64,000 bases of DNA from the human T2T-CHM13v2.0 reference genome, Homo sapiens (GCF_009914755.1 NC_060925.1); one strand, 5' to 3'; shown: positions 17,688-39,480, counted from the stretch's first letter. Made by a program: numbers and translations. The notes: a model not told the origin generated them from the sequence alone.

Positions 17688-18464
17688 GTTTAAATCTGCA
17701 ACATATTACAAACATCTCCCATATCTGCAAAATTATTTTACTAAGTGCATACTATGGATTTGTCATAACTTATTTACTTAGTCCTCCATTGTTGGTTATT
17801 TAGGTAGTTTCTAATATTTTTACCTTTATAAATAGCACTGCAATAAACGTCCTCATTTGGTTCTTTTTACATATGATTTGACAGGATGAATAATGCTAAC
17901 ATTAATTACTACTATCCAGTCAGTAATAAATTACTATAGGGAAACTGGGGATGTTTGGAATGTACACTTAATCTTTTGAGGTCAATAACATGGAGTGCAA
18001 CTACTAAGCAACCACACCAGAACATTGTCCAGGACGGAATCTGAGGCAAAAAAGAAAACTACTTGCTCTGTCTAGGGTGATATATCTGCCTTTTCCTGTT
18101 CTTTGGAGCTCTCAATGTGAGAGGCATCACCACGGACTGGCAAGGGCTTCCGGCCAAGGCTCTGCTCACTCTGGAAGTCACAGGCCTTTTGCCTTATTCC
18201 CAGGCTATACTTTGGCGGAAAACCAGTCCTGATGGAGTCCATTTCCAAGGCCCGGAACCAGCCCTGGAACTGATCGGTCAGGCCTGGAGCTGGATGGCCA
18301 CAGAACAAAGCAGGTCAGCAGAAGTCAGTGCCAGAAAGGTGGCAAGAGAAGGCTGACCGAGCAGACAGGGTGGGTAGAGTCATGGGTGTAAGAGACAATG
18401 GGTTGGGAGAGTTGGCACAAACAGCTCAAGAGTTCCTCTTCATCTCTCCAAATAACTTAATATT

Positions 18465-19715
<1,251 letters not shown>

Positions 19716-19719
19716 CCTT

Positions 19720-19910
19720 GTGACAGATTGTATTTCCCAAAGATGGACCAATAGTTCCAATCTTGCAACCTTGCTAGTCCCACATCAAGAGGTGGAGTCT
19801 AATTCCATCCTCCTTTAATCTGGGAAAATTTATGATTGTTTCTACCAATTGAATATGGTAATGAAGCTGTGTTGACTTTGAGCCTAGGTTGGAAAGGAAG
19901 TGTAGCTTCC
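19720..19910 (+). mobile_element. MLT1-type LTR 5' fragment
   Basis: tgtgacagattgtatttcccaaagatgg...catcaagaggtggagtctaattcc. Confidence 0.6.
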
Positions 19911-20675
19911 AGACACCAATGTCATCTACCACCTCTCCCGCAGCTCGCACTTGTGACCACCTGGGTGGTCCCTTAGGATCAGCTGATAGAGGAGGAAAAA
20001 GCACCAGCCTTGGTTCACAGATGGGTCCAGCCACAAATGGCGCTGCCTCTCAGCCCATTTCAGGGCAGCTCTGAAAGACAGTGGTAAGGGGAAATCTTCC
20101 CTGTAGACATTGCTCCTATGCATCTGTCATTCATTGATGAGGAAAGAGAAGTTGCATGAGGTAAAAAGTACAAAGATTCATAGGTTGTGGTGAATGGCTT
20201 GATTGTATTAGTCAGGGTCCTGGAAGGTGAAAGATTGGATTAGGGACAAGGAGGTCTGAGAGGTGTGTGTGTGTGTGAAGACACAGTTACAAAGTGTGAA
20301 GATCTTTGTACCACAAGTTAATTCCCACAAGAAAGCATCAGCCAAGCAGGCAGAGTGACTCAGCCAGCTGATGTCAGATAGCCTCTGTCATGGGCCCCAT
20401 TAGTGCCACTCTCGAAGACTGGTCTAGCTATTGCTGCTGCAAATGCCCAACCTGCCAGAAACAGAAACTGTTACTCAGTCTCAATACAGCACCATCCTTT
20501 GAGGAGACAATCCAATCATTTGGTGGCAAATTGATTACATTGGGCCTTCTTCAGTCTGGAAGAGATAACAGTTTACCTTGACTGGGGATTAAAACCTATT
20601 CCATGAACTCAAATGAATCACAGATATACATGTAAAATGTAAAGTTATATAACTTTTAGAAAAAACAGAGGAGAC

Positions 20676-20975
20676 CGCCAGGCACGGTGGCTCACGCCTA
20701 TAATCCCAGCACTTTGGGAGTCCGAGGTGGGTGGATCACCTGAGGTTGGGAGTTCAAGACCAGCCTGACCAACATGGGGAAACCCCGTCTCCATTTAAAA
20801 AAATACAAAAATTAGCTGAGTGTCGTAGTTCATGCCTGTAATCCCAGCTACTCAGGAGGCTGGGGTAGGAGAATCACCTGAACCCGGGAGGTGGAGATTG
20901 TAGTGAGCCAAGATCATGCCACTGCACTCCACCCTGGGCAACAGAGCAAGACTCTATCTGAAAAAAAAAAGAAAA
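20676..20975 (+). mobile_element. AluSp/Sq-like
   Basis: TSD aaaaacagaggaga. Confidence 0.95.
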
Positions 20976-21860
20976 GAAAAAACAGAGGAGAATATCTTTG
21001 GGCTCTGCCAAGAGTTAGTGAAAGAGTTCTTAGACTTGATACTAAAAGCATAATCCATAAAAGGAAAATTTGATAATTTCTCCTGATCAAAATTAAAAAC
21101 TTGCTCTGTGAAAGACCCTGTGGAAAGGATGAAAAGACAAGCTACAACTGGAAGAAAATATTTGCAAAGCACGTATCTAACAAAAGACTGGTATCTAAAA
21201 TACATAAAGAACTCTTAAAACGCAACAGTTAAAAAAAATTGAATTAGAAAATGGGCAAAAGATATCCACAGACATTTTACTGAAGAGAATATGTGGACAG
21301 TAAATAAGCACATGAAGAGAGATATTCAGTATCATTAGCCATTAAATAAATACAAATTAAAGCAATAATGACATATCACTACACACAAAATTAAAAAATA
21401 ATGACAACATCAAAGGCTGGCAGGGATTTGGAGAAACTGGATCAGTCATACATTGCTGGTGCGAATGTGAAATGGTACAGAAACTCTGGAAAACAGTTTG
21501 GCAGTTTTTAATAAAACCAAATGTGCAATTACCATATGACCCAGCAAGTGTACTCTTGGGCATTTATCCCAGAGACATGAAGACTTATGTTCACAAAAAA
21601 ACCTGTATACAAATGTTCATAGAAGCTTTATTCATAACAGCCAAAAAACTGGAGACAGCCCAGATGTCCTTCAGTGGGCGACTGGTTAAACAAACTGGTA
21701 CATTCATACCATGGGATACTCAGCAATAAAAAGGAATGAACTATTGATGAATGCAACATCTTGGATGAATCTTCAGGCAATTATGCTGAATAAAAAGAGT
21801 CAATTCTGTACTGTATGGTTCCAACATTTCATAAAAATGCTTTTAAAAAGCTTAACATTG

Positions 21861-22083
21861 GGCCAGGCACAGTGGCTCATGCCTGCCATCCCAGCATTTT
21901 GGGAGGCCAAGGTGAGTGGATCACAAGGTCAGGAGTTTGAGACTGGCCTGACCAACATGATGAAACCCTGTCTCTACTACAAATACAAAAATTAGCCAGT
22001 CATGGTGGCACGCACCTATAATCCCAGCTACTCAGGAGGCTGAGGCCTGGGCGACAGAGCAAGACTTCATCTCAAAAAAAAAA
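21861..22083 (+). mobile_element. AluS with a right-arm internal deletion
   Basis: ggaggctgaggc joined directly to ctgggcgacagagc. Confidence 0.9.
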
Positions 22084-22179
22084 GTTCAACATCACTTATC
22101 ATTAGAAAAATGTAAATCAAAACCACAATGAAATACCATCTCACACCAGTCAGAATGGCTATTAAAAAGTCGAAAAATA

Positions 22180-22576
<397 letters not shown>

Positions 22577-24610
22577 TCAACCATTGTGGAAAGCAATGTG
22601 GTGATTCCGCAAGGAGCTAGAAACAGAACTACCCTCCAACCCAGGAATCCCATTACTTGGTATATACCCAAAGGAACATAAAGCATTCTCACATGCACAC
22701 GTATGTTCATTGCAGCACTGTTCACAATAGCAAAGACATGGAATCAACCCAAATGTCCATCATTGCTAGACTGGATAAAGAAAATGTGGTACATATACAC
22801 CATGGAATACTATGTAGCCATAAAAAACAACAAGATCATTTCATTTGCAGGAACATGGATGAAGCTGGAAACCGTTATCCTTAGCAATGAATGCAGGAAC
22901 AGAAAACCAAATACCACGTGTTCTCACTGATAAGTGAGAGCTAAATGATAAGAACTCATGGACGCAAAGAGGGGAACAAAAGACACTGAGGCCTACCTGA
23001 GGGTGGAGGGTGAGAGGAAGGAGAGGATCAGGAAAAATAACTAACAGGTTCTAGGCTTAATATCTGGTGACAAAATAATCTGTGCAACAAACCTCTGTGA
23101 CATGAGTTTACCTATATAACAAGCCTGCACATGTACCCCTGAACTTAAAATAAAATTTTTTAAGTCTTTTCTAAAATATTTTTGAAATGACAAAATTGTA
23201 GAAATGGAGAACAGATTAGTGGTTGTCAAGGGTTAGGGACAGGGAAAGGGAGGGAGAGATGAGTGTGTTATAAAAGGCAAACACAGGGATCCTTGTGGGA
23301 AGGGAACTGTTCTGTACCTTGATGGCGGTGGTGGATATACAAGCCTACCATGTGATAAAATTTGATAGAACTAAACACATGCACACACACACATGAGTGC
23401 AAGTAAAACTGGAGCAATCTGAATAAGTTTGGGTAGTTGTATCAATGCCCATATCCTGGTTGTGATATTGTACTACAGTTTTGCAAGATGTTACCTTTGG
23501 GGGAAACTGGATAAAGGGTACGTGTAGTATTTCTTACAACTGCATGTGCATTTACAATTATCTCAAAAATAAAAGTTTAATTTTAAAACAACATATTCCA
23601 CATTGATCTTCCAAATTTGAATTTGCCTTTCTTACCAGTAGAGCCTCAGCCAACACCAGTATCCAGAGAACATTTGCTCCACTGACATGAGATTGAGTAT
23701 AACCTTGGCTTGGACCAAGGGCCTTACTTTTCAGCAAAAGGTGTGTGGAAGTGGGCACGTGACCAAGGTATGCACTAGTTCTATCTCATACCCCAAAGCT
23801 ACTGGCCTGATAGAGTGATGGAGTGGCTGCTTAAAGATGCAGCTGAAAAAAAAGCTATTAGAACTGATAAACAAATTCTGTAAAGTTGCAAGATACGAAA
23901 TGAACCTGCAAAAATCAGTAGCATTTCTATATGCCAACAGTGAACAACCTGGAAAAGAAATCAAGAAAGTAATCCAATTTGCAATAGCTATGAATAAAAT
24001 AAAATACCTAGGAATAAATTTAACCAAAGAAGTGAAAGATCCCTACAATGCAAACTATAAGACATTGATGCAAGAAATTGAAGAGGCCACAAGAAAAGGA
24101 AAGATATTCCATGTTCATGGATTGGAAGAATTAATGTTGTTAAAATGTTCATACTACCCAAAGCAATCTACAGATTTAATGAACTCTCTATATCTCTATC
24201 AAAATATCAATGACATTCTTCATAGAAAAAGGAAAAGCAATCCTAAAATTTATATGGAACCACAAAAGACCCTGAATAGCCAAAGCCATCCTGAGCAAAA
24301 AGAACAAAGTGGGAGGAATCACATTACCCAACTTCTTATACTATAGAACTATCATAACTAAAACAGCATGGTACTTGCATAAAACCAGACACATAGACCA
24401 ATGGAACAGAGTAAAGAACCCAGAAATAAATCCATACATCTACAGTGAACTCAGTTTTGACAAAGGTGCCAAGAACATACATGGGGCAAAGGACAATATC
24501 TTCAATAAATGGTGCTGGGGAAATTGGATATCCATATGCAGGATGACACTATATCCCTGTCTGTCACTATATACAAAAATCAAATCAAAATTGATTAAAG
24601 ACTTAAATCT

Positions 24611-24915
<305 letters not shown>

Positions 24916-25084
24916 GAGAGAGACTTAAATCTAATACCTCAAACTATGAAAATACTAAAAGAAAACATTGGGGAAACTCTCCAGGACAGTGGTCAGAGCA
25001 AAGATTTCTTAATACTCCAAAAGCACAGGCAACCAAAGCAAAAATGGACAAATGGGATTGCCTCAAATTAAAAACTTCTGCACA

Positions 25085-25228
25085 GGGCTGGTGTAGTGGC
25101 TCATGCCTGTAATCTCAGCACTTTGGGAGGCTAAGATGGAAGGATCACTTGAGGTCAGGAGTTCAAGACCAGCCTAGTCAACATAATGAGACCCCATCTC
25201 TAAAAAACAAAAAACAAATTAAAAAAAA
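25085..25228 (+). mobile_element. Alu left monomer (FLAM-like)
   Basis: Single arm with A tail; TSD acttctgca. Confidence 0.85.
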
Positions 25229-26728
25229 ACCACTTCTGCATGGCAAGGGAAACAATCAACAAAGTGAAGAGACAGCTCACAGAATGGAGAAAATATATGC
25301 AAACTATCCATCAGAGAAGGGATTAATAAGAATATATAAGGAGCTCAAACAACTCAATAGGGAAAAATCTAATAATCTAATTAAAAATAAGCAAAAGATC
25401 TAAATAGACCTTTCTTAAAAGAAACATATCAATGGCAAACAGATATATGAAAAGTTGCTCAACATGATTGATTATCAGAAAAATGCAAATAAAAACTACG
25501 GTGAGATATCATCTCATCCTGGTTCAAATGGCTTTTATCCAAAAGATGCAATAGGAATTTTTGGCAAGGATGTGGAGAAAAGGGAACCCTCGTACACTGT
25601 TGGTGGCAATGTAAATTAGTACAACCACTATGGAGAACAGTTTGGAGGTTCCTCAAAAAGTTAAAAATAGAACTACCATATGATCCAGGAATCCCACTGC
25701 TAAGTACACACCCAATAGAAAGGAAATCAGTATATTAAAGAGATATCTGCACTCCCATGTTTATTGCAGCACTATGCACAATAGCCAAGATTTGGAATCA
25801 ACCTAAGTGTCCATCAACAGATGAATGGCTAAAGTAAATGTGGTACATATACATAATGGATTACTATTCGACCATAAAAAAGAATGAGATCCTGTCATTT
25901 GCAACAACATGGATGGAACTGGAGGACATTATGTTAAGTGAAATAAGCCAGGCAGAGAAAGACAAACTTCACATGTTCTCACTGATTTGTGGAAGCTAAA
26001 AATTAAAACAACTGAACTCATGGAGATAGAGAATAAAAGGGTGATTACCAGAAGCTGGGAAAGGTAGTGGGGAAAGTCGTGGCAGGAGGGGGAGAGGGAA
26101 ATGATTGTTAATGGGTACAAAAATATGGTTAGAGACAATGAATAAGATCTAGTATTTGATAGCACAAGGTTACTACAGTCAGCAATAATTTGTTGTACAT
26201 TTTAGATTAACTGAGTACAATTGGAATGTTCATAACACAAAGAAATGATGAATGCTTAAAGTGACAGATACTCCATTTTTTAAAACCTTTCCTATGGTGC
26301 TGAGATAAATACCCCATTTATCCTGATGTGAATATTACACATTGTATGCTTGTTTCAAAATATCTCATGTGCCCCATAAATATATACTATGTATCCATAA
26401 AATTAAAAATTAAAAAACAATTTTAAAATGATGCAGCTGAGGTGCCAAATTGGAGTTGATATCCCACAAAGTTGAGGTGTCATCCTCTAGGGTATCATCC
26501 TAAATCAACAACCATGATATGACACTGTGTCCCCAGTGGGCAGAATACATAGGTCCAGCAACCAAGGTGTAGACCCACTTACCATCACTCCAGTGACCTC
26601 CTGGAGGAATATGCGCATCCTTTCTCTGCAACTTTGGCTTCTGTGGCTCTGGAAGTCCTAGTTTCCAAAGGGACAATGCTTCCACCAGGAGGAGGTATGG
26701 TAGTTTCAGTAAACAAAGCTATGGCTGC

Positions 26729-26776
26729 TGCCCGGTCACTAGGCTCCTCATGCCCGGTCACTAGGCTCCTCATGCC
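26729..26776. repeat. Perfect 22-bp tandem duplication tgcccggtcactaggctcctca
   Basis: 26729-26750 equals 26751-26772. Confidence 0.95.
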
Positions 26777-27300
26777 AAGAGACCAGCACACAAGGAAGGG
26801 AGTGACCACACAGGCTGACGTAATTGACCCTGATCATAAGGCGATAAGGCTGTGTAATGCTGTGAGGGCAGAGAAGAATTTCAAATTCATGTAATCCACT
26901 GAGATATCTCCTGACACTTCCTTTCCTAATTATAGAGGTAAGTGGAGAAGTGCAGCCTTGATCTGAGAAAGGCAAGGTGACTCGTGGCTAAGACTTCTTA
27001 GGGATGAAGGTCTGGGTCATACCACACACAAGGTAAGCCGCTTGGAACAGCAGAGGTGCTAGCGAAGGGTGAGGGGACTCTAGAATGGGTAGTAGAGGAG
27101 GGAGATGATGAATGTTGATGTGGCCTTAAGACTAGCTGCAGCAGAGGGGACGGAGGGAGGGGTGGCTAGTTCATCCCGCTAACCTTTAAGTTTCCCGAGG
27201 AAATAGACCAAGCAGAATCCTAGAGAAGTTATTCCCAGATGGAGTGAATTTATTATAAGAAGCAAATGGATTTGAATGGTGAAAGGAGTGGTTTGTGGTT

Positions 27301-27560
27301 TGTAGTGGACTCTGTGATAGAACATCCAAATTCCCGCTTCAGAACTAAGACAGTCATCTCCTCAGCATCCAAGAGTGTTGACTATTGATGGCTCACAGCT
27401 TTGTCCCTCTCCGGGCAATTGCTGGCAGCTGAAGGGAGCTTCCTTGGCTCAATGCTACACCCCCTCACTGGGGGCAGCCCACATCCAAAGACTGGTCCAT
27501 ATGGGGTTACAAAGCCTTGCCCAGTGCCTTAGATTGAGGCAATTCAGTCTAAAAAGTATC
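27301..27560 (+). mobile_element. LTR16-like ERVL 3' LTR (3'-truncated)
   Basis: tgtagtggactctgtg...gatggctcacagct...gggggcagcccacatccaaagactggtc; preceded by purine tract gaaaggagtgg. Confidence 0.75.
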
Positions 27561-27569
27561 TCAAAGTTA

Positions 27570-28790
<1,221 letters not shown>

Positions 28791-29087
28791 CAGGTAAAGT
28801 TTCAGGGACTTCATAGTCTAGGACTTCACACTACCCCACTCCACTCCAAAACAGCTACCTCCTGAAATGCAGATGCACCAAAACAACCACAGAAACACTC
28901 ATAGATAGAAAAAGAAACATAGCACGGCCAGACAGCCATGGGAAACAACACAGTCACTGACCTGAGGGGAAAGAGGCTCCCTGACTTGTGAATTCACTCT
29001 CCTGAACCACCTGGATTGCAACGGGACTCAAAGTTGTAGGAAGAAAGAAAAGACCTGAGCCTGCAGGAATAACTTGTGGCCTGACAC

Positions 29088-29371
29088 CAAAGCTGATTTG
29101 TCCATTAGGCAGAGGAAACTTAGCACCAAGGGCTCCTGACACTTTTAGGTGCCCATGAAAATATTTCAATTTCTTTTGGAATCAGAAGAAAAATGAGCAT
29201 AATAATTAATATGAGGTAATAAACCAAGTTGGGACTATCATCATCTTTATACTAATGCAGTCATAAAATATAGTTTTTCTTTTATTTTTGGTTTTTTTTG
29301 TTTGTTTGTTTTGTTTGGAGAGAGCAACCAGGAAGGCAAAAGGGACCCATGAAAATGACAATGTGGCCCTG
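29088..29371 (+). mobile_element. ORSL-like hAT-Tip100 non-autonomous element
   Basis: caaagctgatttgtccattaggcag...acttttaggtgcccatgaaaatatt...aatgtggccctg; similar to 35227-35484. Confidence 0.6.
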
Positions 29372-29479
29372 ACTAAGCTACCTTTTAAGGCTCTGGCTAA
29401 TATCAAGTAAGAGCCGGTCAGGACAGGGAGATGGAGGGAAACTGATACTCAGTGTGTTTTGCCATTTATTTGTCACCCC

Positions 29480-29610
29480 AACCCAGCTTTTTGGTCCCAT
29501 GTTATAAAAGGGGAAATGGGAGCTTGGAAAAGTTAAATGATTTTGCCAGAGCCAAAGATAGTAAATGGCCATGCTAAAATTCGAGCCTAGGATGTCAGAG
29601 ACCAAGCCAC
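29480..29610 (-). mobile_element. MIR fragment
   Basis: cccatgttataaaaggggaaatggg...gttaaatgattttgcc...ttcgagcctagg. Confidence 0.55.
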
Positions 29611-30469
29611 AGATGACCTTAGCGCACTGCAGCTGCCAAATGGTGCCTGCAAAGTTACAGGCACAAATGTGTGGTTAGACATTTTCTTCAGATCTGCCTC
29701 TGCCTGCCAAAGGCAGCCCCACTGAGTCAGCCCAGCTCCGCCCTGCCCTTCATGAGCCCAGATGTGCCTTGTCTACCCCATCCCCAGTGCCAAGCCCCTG
29801 CCCCGCCCCTAGCTCCAGGTCTTAATCATAAAACTTTGGGGAAATAAGGTTAAGTGGTAACACCCCACCCTATGAATAGGCAGATCTGGCTGCCCTCTCC
29901 TGCCTGTTGGTCCTTGCAGAGAGCATGAACTCGTTCCTGAGAAAGAAAAGAGCAGCCTGGGAAGAACTCGTCCTTATTATTCCCACTGAAGCTGGGTGCC
30001 AAGGCCTCTCTCTTTGTGCCAATGCAAAGACTCTCAGGGCCTCTCCTGTCTGCATCCTAATCCTCCTCAGCATGCACTCAGGGTTAACTTCTTTCTTGAT
30101 GCCTAAGCAAAAATTCTCTCAGATTTCCTCGTGAATCTCCCCTCTATCTCCTGCCCCTATTTGGTGAACCCTCACATAGGAGCAGTTGGGCAGTATTCAA
30201 TATCCAAGAGGGCAAGAAAACCTAGCATGAACTTGGGAACAGAAGGGCTTAGTTGAATTCCAGCTCTGCAGATAAATAATTTAACCTCTCTAAATTGAAC
30301 TAAAACCCCGCTAAACAAACAAAAAGAGAGAAAAAACAAAAGGTTCATAAATTGCTTAGCACAGAATCTGGAACAAAGTTGTGCCAATCAATGTTAGTGA
30401 TATTTGTGCCTGGTGATGTTTCCACTCTAATTTGCCTGGTTTTATGGTGGTTGTATTCTGGGTTCCTCA

Positions 30470-30640
30470 TTAATTCAGTCATTAATTGCACATTTATTGA
30501 ACACTTACTATGTGCTGGCCACTATGTAAGCATTAGAGACACAAAGTTGGAAATAAGACATCTTTGCCTTTGAGGATCTTGTGCTCTGATAAGGATGAAG
30601 AGAAGTGGATAGTCAACTACAATATAATGTGGTAATTGTC
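30470..30640 (-). mobile_element. L2 3' end
   Basis: catttattgaacacttactatgtgctggcc. Confidence 0.7.
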
Positions 30641-31349
30641 CAGCTCTGCATCTCAGTTGATGGTGTTGCCATTGGGAAACCAAAAAGTCAGGGGTTAGAG
30701 AAGCGTTTAGCCTTCACAGAGGAGATTAACAACAAGAAACCAAAGTATATATAAGAAGATAGACCAGGAGAGAGAAAAATGGGACCCTAAGACCTGGCCT
30801 TTGGCAATTTTATACAGTAGAAGGTAGAAAACTAGCTGTTCCTGGCTATTTCCCCTAAGCCTCTATTAGGGTCCTTGGGGATTTAGCTCTAGGAGGTTTC
30901 TAAAATGATAATAGATTATTTTTATCAGAGCTGACTTTATGAGTAAGTGGAGTAGGTTGCTACCTACGTGTGTGTTCTGAGAGACACGGGGAGGTGCCTC
31001 AGCCACATATGAAAATGGCTCCTCACATCACTGTTCCTGAATATCTATTATTAGAGTCAGTCCTTAGGGACTCATTTAGCCCCCAGAATCTCCATTGAAA
31101 GGCACATAATCCAGGGGCAATGAGCCTTTGCCCTGGCTGTCCCCTGCTTAGGTTGCTCTTTTCCATATATTCAAATCCTAGCTGTCAGTCAGGGCCTGGT
31201 GCACTTCCTCAATGTTTGTTCCAGCCTACTCTGCTCTGATGCCCTATTCTTTGGGCTCTGTATTGCTGGTACATGTATTTGATCTAGCAGCCATGGCCTG
31301 TGTGGCTTCTTGGCTGGATTCTCTGTGTGTGTGTCCCCTCTCTTCCTGA

Positions 31350-32196
<847 letters not shown>

Positions 32197-32319
32197 GTTT
32201 ATAAACACTTAGGGTAGAGATTGCATCTTCTATTTTGGAAATGTTCACATTTACTAGCATTGTCTAGAGTATATAGGTAGGCACTCAATCAATATTTGTT
32301 GACTAAATAAATGAATGGC

Positions 32320-32870
<551 letters not shown>

Positions 32871-32965
32871 TTAGGCCTCAGGGTGGATATGGAAGAAAAC
32901 AAGGCCATCGAGGTTATTGAAGAAACCAGAAAAAGGACAGGAAAACTTAAATATTACAAGGCCTT

Positions 32966-33281
<316 letters not shown>

Positions 33282-33381
33282 TATAAAAATGTATATTACA
33301 AGGCCTCATAATGTACTTAATTAACATAGTGCATGGCACATAAAAGACACTAAAACAATATTCTGGAAAGAAGGAAAATGA

Positions 33382-34276
<895 letters not shown>

Positions 34277-34795
34277 GGTTAGTCTAAAATTACTCTATCA
34301 GTGCTTCCTAGACTCAGTAGAGCTGACACAGTTTTCCTTGATGGAGGAGAAGGGAGGTGAGTACAAGGTTAGATGGAAGATGAAACACTTTGTGCTCAAA
34401 ACTGTGAATAGTTCTGGTCCTAGTGAAAAAATGTTTTTTGGGACCCCAGCAAGGAAAAATTTGTGTTGATACGTGTCAGATCCTGGGCCCCTGTTTAGAT
34501 CAGTGGTCCAGGTAATTCCTCTCAACTTTCTCCCCATTCATTACCCTGTTTGCACAACCCCATCCACATTTTTGTCCTGATGTGGAGCAAGGTATCCAGA
34601 TATTGCAGTTGGATAACAGGCAACCACTGACAAGGTAGATGCACTTTACATTCGAACATACATCGGGGTCCATAGGAGGAAATGGGAGCATCTAACTATG
34701 AAGACAAACAGCTTGATACCTTAAACCCTATTCCTTCACCTTACATGGGTCTCAAAGGTCATCTTGATCATTCCCCTCTAACTAGACTGAACTGA

Positions 34796-35108
<313 letters not shown>

Positions 35109-35140
35109 TAGACTGGACTGATTTCAAATCATCTCCCAGA

Positions 35141-35176
<36 letters not shown>
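35141..35176. repeat. (CT)n(CA)n compound microsatellite
   Basis: Directly visible. Confidence 0.95.
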
Positions 35177-35178
<2 letters not shown>

Positions 35179-35226
35179 CCTACTGTACCCCACACCCACA
35201 GGCTTAAAAATAGCATAGCCTCTCTC

Positions 35227-35484
35227 CAGGGCTGACCTATCCAGATAGGCAGTGGGCACAGCGTGGAGAATATTTTAGGGGCCAATAAAAATGTTTTAAT
35301 TTTGATTTCAAACCAGGAAAATACAAAGGATGTAATAAGAATGGATAGATAATAATGAATCCAGCTTGGATCATACTCATCTTTATACCAGTTATGTAAA
35401 ATATAACTTAATATTTTCTTATGGAGGAAGGACCCATAAAAGGCACAAGTGCCGAGGGCTAGCAGAAGTTACAATGCAGCCCTG
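35227..35484 (+). mobile_element. ORSL-like hAT-Tip100 element
   Basis: CAGGGCTG...CAGCCCTG inverted termini; body similar to 29088-29371. Confidence 0.65.
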
Positions 35485-36037
35485 ACTTCCTTAAGTAACA
35501 GGTTTCAGGGTCCACAAACTTCCTGGAGACGGGATTTTTTTTTCCCCAAGGTGTCAGAATCCCTGCTTTGACCATGTCCTCCCTTGGCCCAATACTTTGG
35601 AGAAGTGAACACAGCTGCCTTTATCCTTTGAGTCAGGATAAAAAACAAAACAGCTCTCTGGGAAGGAAGTGGAGGCCTGCAGGTAGGGAAGAAGAGTGCT
35701 GGTGTCATTTCAACTGGCCCCAGGGCCTGGCGAAGTGGGACTGCACAGCCCAGTTCTGGGCAGAGCAGAACCTAACTCAGATCCTCCTGAATAAATATTG
35801 CTTCAGGCCCAAGTGTGTTGACTTAAGAAACCGTGGTTCCTTCACCCTTCCCTGGCAGTGCAGATTAATCTAGGGGAGCCGCCTCCAGCTGAGAGCTCTC
35901 CATGGAGTAAGTGCTGCTAGAGTTTGCTTTCAAGCTTTGGTCACTACTGATTTGCCACTTGGGCTCTAAAAAGCTTCATCTCTCAGGAGCCAAGGAGTTT
36001 GTTTGTTCATTAACCAGCTGCTTCAATTTGCCTCTAA

Positions 36038-36404
<367 letters not shown>

Positions 36405-36503
36405 TACAGTGTTTCTTCTTAGAAGGGTAGGGAGAAATTTGTTTTCCTTAAAGTCAGAGCATGTGGTGTTAATTAAAATGCAACTTAAAATTTACCTCAT
36501 CTT

Positions 36504-37205
<702 letters not shown>

Positions 37206-37464
37206 AGCCTTCAAAACAAATAATCTGCACACAGCGGGAGCCTCAAAAATGGATGGACTGACATATAATAATCACACCAAGCTCTTGTACAATGTAAAAA
37301 CTTTACTTCTCAAAATCGTTTTGTTAGCAACGGCTAATCTGTACAGGTCTGCAGCAACCTCAATTCTTGCCTCCTCAGAAAGAGTTCCACCAACGGGCGT
37401 AAGGCAGAGGGAGAAACTGAGGCAAGTTTTAGCATAGGAGTGAAAGTTTAAGTTTCAGAGCAGA

Positions 37465-37780
37465 GACCGGGCGCAGAGGCTCACGCCTGTAATCCCAGCA
37501 CTTTGGGAGGCCGAGGTGGGTGGATCACGAGGTCAGGAGATAGAGACCATCCTGGCTAACACAGTGAAACCCCGTCTCTACTAAAAAGACAAAAAAATTA
37601 GCTGGGCATGGTGGCGGGCACCTGTAGTCCCAGCTACTCCAGAGGCTGATGCAGGAGAATGGCGTGAACCCAGGAGGTGGAGCTTGCCCTGAGCCGAGAT
37701 CATGCCACTGTACTCCAGCCTGGGCAACAGAGCGAGACTCCATCTCAAAAAAAATAAATAAATAAAAAATAAATAAAAAA
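37465..37780 (+). mobile_element. AluY
   Basis: TSD aagtttcagagcaga. Confidence 0.95.
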
Positions 37781-38082
37781 GTTTCAGAGCAGAAACAAAA
37801 GGAAGTACACTTGGAAGAGGGCCAAGCGGGTGACTTGAGAGATCCAAGTGCATGGTTTGACCTTTGACTTGGGATTTTATACCTTGGCATGCTTCTGGGG
37901 ACCTTGCCCCTGATTCTTCCTTTGGGGTGGCTGTCTGCATGTGTAGTGGCCTGCTAGCACTTGGGAGGGCCGCATGTGTAGTGTGTTTACTGGAGCTATA
38001 CACATGTTCACTTGAGCATTCTTCCCTTACCAATCAAGTGTTCCCAGAGAAAGATCATATGCCAGTTGAACTTTGCCATTTT

Positions 38083-39046
<964 letters not shown>

Positions 39047-39289
39047 TCATGCTTGAGCCCACTCACCCACCTCCTGAGATCTTATCAGGAAGCTGCTGAT
39101 CACCAGTTTCAGGTATTTCTATTGGGAGACTGCCCTTACCTGGTGCGGCTGCGACCAATTATCATCTGAGAGAGACAGCTTAACACCTGCCTGACCATCA
39201 CCTGATGATCACCTGACTTTCCTGGTGGGGGTGGGGGACAGTTCTGCCTGCTCATGTCTGTTTGGCTACCTACTGTAAAACTTTCATCT

Positions 39290-39480
39290 CGATTATCTCA
39301 TTTTAGCCTCGTGATTACTTGGTGACACAGGGCAGATTTCATGATCCCCCATTTTACGGAAGCAAAATATGAAGCTCAGGATATAAAATCACTTACCCCA
39401 ATCATACCTTTAGTATCTCTGTGGCTTAGAAGAATACAACTAGTAACAGAAATTCAAATCTAGCTTTGTTCCTGACTAGA
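39290..39480 (-). mobile_element. MIR
   Basis: atccccattttacggaagcaaaatatgaagctcagg. Confidence 0.6.

Noticed and set aside
26634-26894. 86-aa ORF with a dUTPase-like motif as a domesticated gene
   Set aside because: It has a non-ATG start, degenerate motifs and an internal duplication, and the surrounding pol has stops; it is an ERVL relic.
29632-29646. Weaker CTCF-like matches (also ~52359-52374 on the minus strand)
   Set aside because: Two to three mismatches in the core; expected by chance.
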